Of a stretch of DNA of 64,000 nucleotides, positions 27,501-38,482 are shown piece by piece (within the stretch, counting starts at the first letter, position 1; each line of letters opens with the position of its first letter). A program made the position numbers and the translations under genes. The notes under the pieces are model-generated. The model was given only the letters and a program-made list of their open reading frames with translations, was not told the DNA's origin and searched no databases. The stretch spans positions 118,050,001 through 118,114,000 of the forward strand of contig NC_058373.1 in assembly GCF_018350175.1 (NCBI RefSeq). Direction: 5' to 3'. This DNA comes from Felis catus. Taxonomy: Eukaryota.

Positions 27501-29169
27501 ATCGTGCCTTTCCATCTCCCCAGTGATTTTGGTGACACCGAATCGAAGCCACCTCTCACCTCATCTTCTGCAGTGGCCTAAGTGGTCTCCCTTCTTTTCC
27601 TCTTGCCCCACTACATTCATTACAATCTAGCCTTCACACTGAAGCCACTTCTTGAAAATGTCTATCAGATCATGAGACTTTCTACCAGAAAGCAGTCTGG
27701 TGCTTCCCAACACACGTAACAACCACACTTTTTCCTACGGCCTGCAAGGCCCCACGTCGTGTGGAACCCGTTCCCTTACACTCTCTGCCAACTCCCTCCA
27801 GCCACAGGGACTTTCTTCCTATACCACAAACATGACATACACCTTCTTTCTGTTTTCATTGCCCTCTGTCCAGAGAGCTATTTCCCCAGGTAGTATTATC
27901 CATCAGATCTGTGCTTAAAAGTAACCTCTACAATAAAAGCTTCCCTGACCATCCTGCACAAGTAGCTTCCAAATCACTCTTGCTTAATAATACTACATCT
28001 GAGGGGTGCCTGAGTGGCTCAGTAGGTTAAGCATCGGGCTCTTGGTTTCAGAGCAGGCCATGATCTCACAGTTTCATAAGCTCAGGCCCTGCATCAGGCT
28101 CTGCTCTGGCAGCACGGAGCCTGCTTGGGATTCTCTGTCTTCTCTCTCTCTGCCCCTCACCCGCTCACGCTACCTCTGCCTCTCTCAAAATAGATAAATA
28201 AACTTTAAAAAATAATTAAAATTTATTTATCTATTTTGAGAGAGGCAGCGATAGCATGAGCAGAGGAGGGGTGGCGGGAAGAGACAGAGAGTCCCAAGCA
28301 GGCCCTGCACTGTCAGCACAGAGCCTGACATGGGGCTCGAGCTCATCAACCGTAAGATCGTGTCCTGAGCCAAAATCAAGAGTTGGACACTTACCCGACT
28401 GAGCCACCCAGGCACTCCAATAAATAAAATAATTTAAAGATAATAATATTAATAATACACCTGAGCCATCTTTTATGTGTTTTACATGTGTGAACTCTGC
28501 TTTCCCCACTTAAATGGTAAGTCTATGAGAGCATGGACCAAATCTTATTACCCATGCTTCCCTGGAACCTAGAAAGTACCTGGCACATAATATGCGCTTA
28601 ATAAATGCGAGGAATTAATGAATGCTTTTGGCTAACAGACTAAATGTACCCGTTTAAAAGCCAAAGATGAAGTCTTGCTTGAGACCAAAAGTCAGTCTCT
28701 CCTCAAATTTACCACTATAGTACACACCCAAATGACAAGGTAATGCTAGAATTCTCACTCCTACAAGGAACTTTTTCGTTTCGAAAAGGAACCGAATAAT
28801 ACTCAAAGCACAAGCAACAAACCTTAGGGGACTCCAGGCCATAGAATTTGAGGAAACCACACATAAGTTACAGCCTACAAGCTTCTAAAATAATTCCTAT
28901 GTACTAAACTGAAAATGGCCAAAACCCACAAATGCCAGAAACATAAAATGAAAAACAAAGACGGGGCCTAACTCATAGAATCCTTACCACTGTGAGTAAA
29001 CAGTTCTTCAATAACACTGTCTTACATTTATATCGGGCTTTGCTTTATTTGCTCCTCACGGCAGCCCTGAGGAATCGGTGAGCTGATGCTACTGGCCATA
29101 TAAAGCTTCATCAGAAAGCTTCACTGACTTGGTCAGAAACAACAAGAGGGTCAGAGTTAGACCAAGGAT

Positions 29170-30253
29170 TTTAGAGCCAGACGCTTGTGTTTTTGTGTTT
29201 TTTTTTTTTTAACATTTTATTTATTTTTGAGAGAGAGAGAGTGGGGGCGGGGGGCGGGCAGGTAGAGAGAGAGAGGGAGACACAGAATCCAAAGCAGGCT
29301 CTAGGCTCTGAGCTGTCAGCACAGAGCCAGACGCGGGGTTCAAATCCACAAACCATAAGATCATGACCTGAGCCGAAGTCGGATGCTTAACCGACGGAGC
29401 CACCCAGGCACCCCCAGACGCTTGTGTTCAAATCCTCTGCCACTTACTGTAACTCGATCCAGACAAGTTACTTCATCTCTCTGTGCTTCAGTGTCCTCAC
29501 CTATAAAACCCAATGCTATAGATGAAATGTTTTGTGTCCCCTCCCAAAATTCATGTTGAAATCTAACCCCTAACGTGATGGTATCGGGAGGTGAGGCCTT
29601 TGGGAAGTGATTAGGTCATGAAGCGGAGTCCGTATGAGTAAGATTAGTGCCCTTATTAAACAGATTCTAGAACTCCCTTCTACCATCTGAGGACACAGGG
29701 AGAAGATAAGATGGCTGTCTATGAATCAGGAAGCTAGTCGTCACCAGACACCAAATCTACTGCCAGCACCTTGATCTTGGACTTCCCAGACTGCAGAACT
29801 GCAAGAAATAAACTTCTGTTGCTTATACACTACCCAATGGTATGTAATATAATGATATATGGTATTTTATCACATAGAGCAGCCCAAACTGACTACAACT
29901 TCCTTCATAGGGTGTGGTAGCCTGAAATTGCAGCCCCTCCTCAAAGATATCCACATCCTAATCCCTGAAACCTGCGAATGGGTCCATTTATGTGGCAAAA
30001 GAACTTTGCAGATGTGACTGAATTAAAAACCTTGAGAGCGGGGCGCCTGGGTGGCGCAGTCGGTTAAGCGTCCGACTTCAGCCAGGTCACGATCTCGTGG
30101 TCCGGGAGTTCGAGCCCCGCATCAGGCTCTGGGCTGATGGCTCGGAGCCTGGAGCCTGTTTCCGATTCTGTGTCTCCCTCTCTCTGCCCCTCCCCCGTTC
30201 AAGCTCTGTCTCTCTCTGTCCCAAAAATAAATAAACGTTGAAAAAAAAAATAA

Positions 30254-30296
<43 letters not shown>

Positions 30297-30730
30297 AAAC
30301 CTTGAGAGCAAGAAACGACGCTGGATTATCCAAGTGGGTCCAACATAATCAAAGTGTCTTTGTACAAGAAAGGCAAGAGGGCCACAGACCCAGAAGAAGA
30401 TATGACAACAGAAGCAGAATGACAGAGAGAGGGATTGGAAGATGGTACATTGCTGTCTTTGAAGCCAGATGATGGGGTCATAAGCCAAAGAATACGGGAA
30501 GCTTCCTGAAGCTAGAAAGACCAGGAAATACTCCCTAGAGTCCCACAAGGAACACAACTATACAGACCCATTTTAGGACTTCTGACCTCCAAACTATAAG
30601 AAAATACATTTGTGTTTAACCCACTAAATGTGTGGAAATTTGCTACAGCAGCAATAAGAAACTAATACATAGTTATAAACAGGATTAAATGAGCTCATGC
30701 GTGTAAAGTGCTAAGAACGGTTCCTAACAG
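29170..30730. mobile_element. Nested stack: MIR interrupted by a CanSINE (~29200-29413), an MLT1A-like LTR (~29514-29897) and an MLT1C/D-like LTR (~29913-30669) carrying a young SINE (30040-30295)
   Basis: MIR pieces at 29420-29510, ~29898-29912 and 30670-30730. LTRs begin TG and end CA. SINE TSDs are ccagacgcttgtgtt and aaaaaccttgagagc. Confidence 0.75.
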
Positions 30731-31142
30731 CGATAGTAAGAGCTCTTTACATTTTAGCTCTTAGGAGTCAAGATCAGAACCCAGAGGACTGCACTGAAGT
30801 ACTTCAGAGGCTAAAAAAAATGAGGTTAGGAAATTTGGTAATATTCTATCTAAATTTAAAAGGCACACGTCATTTGACAAAGAGATTCCATTTCTAAAAA
30901 GATTCACAGGGATATTCAACACATCCTTGTTTGTAATTACTCAAATATCCACTAACAGGCTAAAATTATAGAAAATCCACTCAGCAACATAGTAGGCAGC
31001 CTTTAAATAATGAGCTTATAAAATGTACTGATAAATCTACAAGATGTATCCTCTAATTAAAAAAAAAAAGCTCAAGGACAGAATATTAGGAGAATAATGA
31101 GAATATTAGGTTCCATTTCTGTTTAAAAATAAAAAGGATACA

Positions 31143-31613
31143 GGGGCGCCTGGGTGGCTCAGTCAGATTTGAGCATGCGACTTCGGCTCAGGTCATGATC
31201 TCATAGTTCATGAGTTCGAGCCCCACGTTGGGCTCTGTGCTGACAGCTCAGAGCCTGGAGCCTGCTTCAGATTCTGTGTCTCCCTCTCTCTCTCTCTGCT
31301 CCTCCCCTGCTCACACGCTGTCTCTCTCTCAAAAATAAAGATTAGGGGCGCCTGGGTGGCGCAGTCAGTTAAGCGTCCGACTTCAGCCAGGTCACGATCT
31401 CGCGGTCCGTGAGTTCGAGCCCCGCGTCGTGTCGGGCTCTGGGCTGACAGCTCAGAGCCTGGAGCCTGTTTCAGATTCTGTGTCTCCCTCTCTCTCTGCC
31501 CCTCCCCCGTTCATGCTCTGTCTCTCTCTGTCTCAAAAATAAATAAACGTTAAAAAAAAAATTTAAAATAATAATAATAAAGATTAAAAAAAATTTTTAA
31601 TAAAAATAAAAAG

Positions 31614-31615
<2 letters not shown>
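31143..31615 (+). mobile_element. Young CanSINE inserted into the tail of an older CanSINE
   Basis: Heads at ~31143 and ~31345; TSD aataaagatta. Confidence 0.88.
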
Positions 31616-31649
<34 letters not shown>

Positions 31650-32755
31650 CATAAGTACATTTTAAAAACTTCTAAAAGGGCATGCATGTGGTTCCCTGTT
31701 CACGGTGGTTGTTCCAAGAAAAGAGACTAAGGGGATGGAACAGGAGGGGAAAACTCTTGCCATCACATGCCCTTTTATGTTATTTTAGGTTTTAACTAGG
31801 TATGTGCATGGTACCCATTTTTAAGAAACTGAAGTTGAGTTGTGACATCACCAACCTATCAGCAAGTATTTATGCACTGACAATGTGCCCGCCATTGTAC
31901 ATGCTACAGGGCATAGGACACAGTCCTGCCCTCCAGGAGTTCACATTCTGGCTGAATTTATAATCTAGATTTGTATTAGACAATCATCCAATTGTTTTGG
32001 ACATTCACCTAAGAAAACAGAACCACACATTCTCTCAAAGTATTTTTCCACTTGTGACTCAGAGAACAAATCACCACCTAAAAAGAATAAATTCTACGTC
32101 TAATCCATTAGTCCCAACCAGCGCTGCTTGTGCTTAAGAAACCGTTACTTCTTGGGAAGTGGTCAGTGTTTAAGAAGGAAGGAAAAGCAGGAGAAATCTT
32201 TACAAAAACACAATTACATACTTTATTACACACTGCAAGAAAAAAAAGATGGACAAGTATCTTTGGGTAATTGGATTTGTCTTCTTCATTACATTTTCCT
32301 AATTCTCTAATTCTATACTAAGGAACATGTATCAAAGCCACAAAAAGAAAAACAAAATACACACCCTCCTCCCCTCAAAAAATATTCTTTTTTGGTGCCA
32401 ACACAATAATGACGGTTACTGGTTCATCCCAAGTCTTCCTCTCATCTTAAAAAGCAACGGCAATCCAAAGTATGACTTTCCAAAGGCTGAACTGGTGGCA
32501 AAACCAACAAGAATCACCCAAGTCCAAGTGTTCCATTTATAAGATATTTAGTCCAACTGTCACCCAATTAGAGCATAACCATAATGAAGACATTATTGCT
32601 AACAAGGGAGGCAGGATGGGATCTGGGTCACTCTTCCATAACTCCATTAGCTCCTCTCAGCCAATAAAGAAGTCTGTGTTAGCAAAGTATTTAGCTGACA
32701 ATGGAATCATGATGTAATGCATTTCCATAATCTTACCAAGGAGCAAAAAGACAGA

Positions 32756-32935
32756 GCTGAAAAATGTTTAGCGGGTAACTGGAAAGTTGTCAAACAGCAA
32801 CTCACGTAGGGTCTCCTCCAACCTGTTGACTTGAGGAGTCATCACGCTGAAAAATGTTTAGCGGGTAACTGGAAAGTTGTCAAACAGCAACTCACGTAGG
32901 GTCTCCTCCAACCTGTTGACTTGAGGAGTCATCAC
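32756..32935. repeat. Exact tandem duplication, 2 x 90 bp
   Basis: 32756-32845 and 32846-32935 are identical (gctgaaaaatgtttagcggg...gaggagtcatcac). Confidence 0.97.
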
Positions 32936-33957
32936 TGCTCAAAGTACGGAGTCGATGTACCACAAATACCCCATGACGTTGACAGAAACAACGAACTGGT
33001 CCTGGGCACTATGTGCCAGGCCCTGTGATGAGGGCCCTTCCATTCCCATTCCTTAATCTCTTTGAATCGTCTCAACTACTACTGTGAAGTACAGAGAGGA
33101 AACTGAGGCACAAAGCTGAAATAACTGTCCATGGTTACACCGCCACCGAGTGGTGAAGCTCGGATGAATTCAAGCAGGCTTCACTCAAAAGTATAGACAT
33201 CACAATGCCTCCACTGGAAGTATAAACGTTATACCACCCTTCCCGAGTCACCCCTCACTGTGACACGCCATCATTTGCCCAGCTTGCTCCCATCACACAC
33301 TACCCTCCCCCCCCAACTCGGAATGAAATCAAATATGCTCCAGTCCTTCTGTAATGGCAGGTGCCCTCACTGGCTTTTCCCGATCAGCCTATACGTGAAG
33401 AGGCCATCTGAACAGAATACTATCCTTATCAGAGGCCACTTTTTGAAGACCCACCTCTCTAAATTGAGATAGCAAGCCTATGACTTACTGCCTCGCACTC
33501 CCAGGGGACCCGCTATGTCTCCTGCCCTGCACACACAGCCCCTCGTCATTCACATTTATTCACAACTTGCCAAGTGCTCTCATTCAGAAAGCTGATCTAA
33601 ATAAGGTCTCCCCCTTAATCGCCCTAATAACAATAACAGCTACCATATTCTGAGCATTTATTATGCAACAGGCTCAACAAACACGGTGCCATTACATCCT
33701 CACACCAGCCCAAAGCAGGCACTGTCTTCAATTTATAGACGACAAAACTAAGGCTAAGAGATAAAGTAATTCAGCCCAAGGTCACACAACCGGTAAGAAA
33801 CTAATCTGACACCCTGTAATTTTAAGCTTTCAGGGGTCTCCCCCTTTAATGATTAAAAAGGTGAGCTCTTCTCGGAATTCCCTTTTGAGAGGCGCCTTCC
33901 AACAAAAGATCTGCCCCACGACCACATGAATCCCACGGGCTTCACCCACGGGCTTAC

Positions 33958-34440
33958 CTGAATTTCTTCATTTTCATCTACTAGGAGGAAACTCACAACC
34001 TTCTCGGTCATCTTCTTCCTCCTGGTCTCCTCATCCAGCTCTTCTTCCTCCAGCAACCCCTGGACCTTAGCGACATGGTACACAGTAACGGGGTGTCTCC
34101 TTTTGTTACCCCCAGAATGAGTCCTCTTCTGGCACTCCAGGCACAAGTTGATTTTACAGGTCTGGCACCTCACGGCGGCCCTCTGCCTCACACCTGGTGA
34201 ATGCCCATTGGGACCCTTGCAGGGGTCGCAGTAAGGGACATGGCCAGGTTTGAGTCTTATCCGCTCGTGGTTTCGCAGGCGCTCCTGCCGATGGAGCTCC
34301 TCCTCGCAGCGGAGACACTGCAGACTACAGCACTCATCACACTCAAAGACCGCCTCGTCAGCCCCACTGCAGGCATAACTTTCCTGGCACATCAGCCCCG
34401 GATTCAGGCCCTTGTCTGCCGGGCAAGTCTGGGCACTCAT
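33958..34440 (-). CDS. ZFYVE1: ZFYVE1 (DFCP1) first coding exon (exon 2), codons 1-161, Cys/His-rich N-terminal region
   Basis: ATG at 34440-34438 starts MSAQTCPADKGLNPGLMCQESYACSG...VVSFLLVDENEEIQ, recognised as the ZFYVE1 N-terminus. Ends at CAG|GTAAG donor; 483 nt, phase 0. Confidence 0.97.
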
Positions 34441-34877
34441 ACTTGGATCGGTAAGGAAATCACCCACAACGTCACCGTCACTGGGCTTTCCCCAGCAGTG
34501 AAGACCAAGGCTTTGGGTCTGAAGCCTGCACAGAACCTTCACGGTTCTGCACCCCTTAAAAATAAACAAACAAACAAACAAACAAAAAACCTCTGGGGTC
34601 CTATCAGAATTCTTCACACGCTCACAAACGTTCCAATTTTTAATCTTCTGCCTCCAAGATTCCTGTATCAGCAGCAATGTTGATTTGGTCTGATGGTGTT
34701 ATCCGTCTGTAAAGTGCAAGCCTGGAAGGATCTCTTCGGGCTATCTGAAAGAGATCCGATGGGTTCACCGAGGTGGGCTCATCAGTTGGGCCTCGGCCAC
34801 GAGGTTTTGGTATAGTGACAGAGTGGTCAGGAGCTTTGCAATATAATCCAACCTCAAGTCAATATTTCAGGGGATAC
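34441..34877 (-). other. ZFYVE1: 5' UTR portion of ZFYVE1 exon 2
   Basis: Strong acceptor ccttttccttcctctatttag|GTATCCC at 34878/34877. Non-repeat sequence runs continuously to the ATG. Confidence 0.75.
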
Positions 34878-35899
34878 CTAAATAGAGGAAGGAAAAGGAT
34901 TTCACTAATCTAAAAACAGAAGTGCACCTTAAAAAAAAAAAAAATGTGATTAAATAAGAGGCCAAAACTCCTGACAGAAATCTCATTCTTGCTTGTAACG
35001 CTTACACCGGCTCTTTCTGATCCTCGAAATTTCGTCTCAAAATCACAGGCAAGGCTCCCCCTTTGGAAAACAGCCACTATCCCTAGGCCCAGGGTATTTC
35101 AGAGACTTTGTCGCTTTAATTCTCAGACTGAAATTCTCTGTTCGTCCAGTTATTAATTAAATTCAGAATCAAAATCATTTAGCAGAAAGTCCTTGGAGGG
35201 ACAACCCTTTGCAGTCCCCCAACCTGCAGCACACAATTGTGAGGTGGATAAAGAGGCCTGTAAAAAGCTAAGGAAATGATAATATAGACTTTGGCTCCAT
35301 CAAAGTCTTTGGCAGATCTAGTTAGGTTGTTTCAACTCTAGACAGATGTCTATTAAGGACTGTCAGCCTGGAAACAAAAGTCACCGTGTCATATTTAAAA
35401 ACAATAAAACGCAATTATTATACTTCCTTTTGTCCCTTCTCTAACTGCAAAAAAAAAAAAGGGAGCAACAGGAGACAGAATTCCTCCTCTACGGCCCACT
35501 GCAAAGCCAGGCCTGCAGTGAGTTAAAACAAATAATTTCTCTCTTTGTCACTCAAAAACTAACTTAAAAATAACTTCAAAAAGGAAAAAGAAAAAGAAAG
35601 GATAACTGGGGCAGGGAAGAGGCTTTTGTCACTTCTACAATTACATTCTAAACCCCCCTTTAGCCTTGACCTCCATTCTAATGCACCAACGAAACGTAAA
35701 GCCCTCCTCACAAATACTCACTCCACCCTGTAGTAATCAATCTATCAATCTTATTTTTGGATAAACAAGGAAGGAGAAGAGAGTGACTAGGAGACCTTAT
35801 TTACACCCTAACCTCAGGCATGGCCAACCAGCCTCCACAACGGAAACGAAAATCAAAATCTGTCAGAGAAATTTAGAAAAATAGAAAATCAACCTTCGA

Positions 35900-36760
35900 A
35901 AGAACACCTCACCGCCGGACCAGCCGGCCAAGCAAACAATCTGCCCACTCGGGCCCCCACCTCGACACCTCTCTCGAGCCGGGGATTCCTCACCCTTCCT
36001 TCCTCCCGGGCAACACCACCACAACCCGAGGGGCAGGAGCAGAGTCTGAACAAAGAAGGTCCCCCAAAATCTCCCCTCCACGCTAGCAGAGGCCAGAGCC
36101 GAATCTATTGTTTATACCACCCCACCCCCACCCCAGCCGCACCCGCACCCCCCCCCCCCCCCGCCCCGGGGGCAGCCGGAGCTCCAGGACTATCGTTCGC
36201 CCGCCGCAAGGCCGTGCCCTTCCCTCCCCGCCGCGGCTGCCCGGGAACCCCACCACGGAGCAGCTCGGCAGCAGCGAGGCGGCGTCGGGGGACCGCGGTG
36301 CGCCGGCGGGGGCGGGGGCTGTTCCTCAGGGCACCGGTGGATCCATCTTCATCTCCATCTCCGCCCCCCTCCTCCTTCGCTGCCTCCCGGGCTTCCTCCT
36401 CTCCTGTTGTCAGTTGGGATCAGCTGATCGGAGTGAACTTCTCCCAGCTCGGACTAACAGGAAGGCGTGAGCAGTGCAGCCCAGGGAGGGACGAACGGGA
36501 GGGGGTGGAGTCCGACTCCCGCGAGGGTGGAGAAGGGCGCGCACAGCTTCCTGGGAAGTGTAGTTCCGCGGACGTGAATCCTCCCCCACGTCCCGGAAGG
36601 GAAGGCTCTGAATGACTACAACTCCCAAAACCAAACAGAGTGCTCTTGTGAGGAGGTGGTGAAGACAGGCCGTCGAGTATTTCGGGACTTGGAGTTTTTG
36701 CATCGACTGCGGTGTTCGAAGGTTTCAGCGCGTTGTTTTGGGTAGTGGCCGGAGAGGGAA
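35900..36760. promoter_or_regulatory. CpG island / ZFYVE1 promoter with two ACTACAnnTCCCA (ZNF143/THAP11-type) motifs and an ETS site
   Basis: High GC and CpG density. TGGGAAGTGTAGT at 36552-36564, ACTACAACTCCCA at 36615-36627, CCGGAAG at 36593-36599. Confidence 0.88.
36254..36460 (-). other. ZFYVE1: ZFYVE1 non-coding exon 1 (TSS approximate)
   Basis: Lies within the CpG island, just downstream of the ACTACAnnTCCCA/ETS core. Candidate donor CCGTG|GTGGGG at 36254/36253, and the sequence resembles my recollection of the human mRNA 5' end. Alternative GTGAG donors exist at 35993 and 35912. Confidence 0.6.
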
Positions 36761-37798
36761 TGGCGCTAAATTAGATGACTGATGTAATGTGTTGTGTAGT
36801 TGAGGCAAATAATTCGATTTCAAGTAACCGGTGTTGCACACCATTCCTTCAGAAATGTGTAAAAACAAGCGGTCTCCTCTTCCCTAATTTCACCTTGCAC
36901 AAATTAGGAGAAGACCAGAAAGAATTGATAAAAGAATATAAGCACTCTTGGAATTTTGTTTTCCCTTATGAGTATTCTTCAAGCCAAATATTATTTATTT
37001 TCCTGACCTTTCACTTTTTTGACGTTTTCTTACATAGTTTTAGAGCTTCTGGATTTTAAATCATCCTTAAGCTAGACGGGGTACATTTTCAGACAAGCTT
37101 GTGGACTACGGTGCAGGCTAATGGTTAACACTGTTATCGGGCTTTTTTATAGAAAGCCATGTATTTGTTCAGTGCTTTCACTTTGGGGTTTGTTTCCTTT
37201 TTTTTTTTTTTAATCTCCGTTTGTTTCTTGGAACAACACTGAAAGAAAGCATGATATGATGAAATGAGCACTGGTCTGAGATGGGAAGACTGAGTGCTTG
37301 TTCTAGAAAGCTAATGGGTAAGTCACTCAACCTCTCCATGAAATGAAGGAATTGCACTGGATCAATAATGAAGGCTTTGCCAATTCTAACATTCTATGAT
37401 TCTACCTTGATAATTGTTAACCCAGTAGAGAAAACTAAGATTAAGTGACTTGCCAAGTTACACAGCAAATGATTGACAAAAGCTGGGACAAGAATCCATC
37501 TCCTGACTTAGTCACATACTCTTAGGTTTAAGGGACATAATTAGACCAATCGTAAAAACAAATCTGCATTATAATGAGTGAGCCACATGGGAAGGTTATA
37601 TTGATAAAAATTATGTTTTCAAGACAGGGCAGAGAGACAATAGTTGGAAAAACTGCACAACATGACAGAATTTTTTTCCTGTGTTTTATCACAAACCAGG
37701 ATATTAAGAACTAAGCTATCTATAGCACTTTAAAACGTCAAAGTTTCAAAGTGGGAAGAAGAAAAGAAGGGTTTTAGTAAGTTAAGAGAATAGGTCTT

Positions 37799-38023
37799 GG
37801 GGCGCCTGGGTGGCGCAGTCGGTTGAGCGTCCGACTTCAGCCAGGTCACGATCTCGCGGTCCGGGAGTTCGAGCCCCGCGTCAGGCTCTGGGCTGATGGC
37901 TCAGAGCCTGGAGCCTGTTTCCGATTCTGTGTCTCCCTCTCTCTCTGCCCCTCCCCCATTCATGCTCTGTCTCTCTCTGTCCCAAAAATAAATAAAACGT
38001 TGAAAAAAAAAATTAAAAAAAAA
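37799..38023 (+). mobile_element. Young felid CanSINE
   Basis: CpG-intact copy with perfect TSD aagagaataggtctt. Confidence 0.92.
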
Positions 38024-38442
38024 AAGAGAATAGGTCTTGAGCTAGGCTCTTAAAAATTCCCTAGAGGGTTTTGTTCCTAAGACTGATATTGTAATTTTTT
38101 CTAAGCTTAATATGTTGTTTTATATTCCTAATTATAAAATGAGGATGGGGTACCTGGGTGGCTCAGTCGGTTGAGCTTCTGACTTCAACTCAGGTCATGA
38201 ACTCACTCTTCATGGGTTCAAGCCCCACCTCGGGTTCACCGCTGTTACCCTGTCCGTGCAGAGCCCGCTTCCAACCCTATGTCCCCCTCTCTCTACCCCT
38301 CACCCACTTATGCTCTCCCCAAAATAAATATATAATAATAATAAATAATAAAATGAAGACACATCCTGGGAACAAAATGATAGTTAATCCCTTTTGAATC
38401 CAAGGATACCTATTTTAAAGTTTATGTATTTATTTATTTATT

Positions 38443-38482
<40 letters not shown>

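Noticed and set aside
32756..32935. Direct repeat considered as CRISPR-like or LTR pair
   Set aside because: Only two abutting copies with no spacer or internal sequence, in a mammalian genome.
34201..34683. 160-aa + strand ORF (likewise 11626-11997)
   Set aside because: Antisense shadow of ZFYVE1 coding exons.
36108..36703. 97-133 aa ORFs at the ZFYVE1 CpG island
   Set aside because: GC-content artefact; Pro/Arg/Gly-rich with no recognisable domain.
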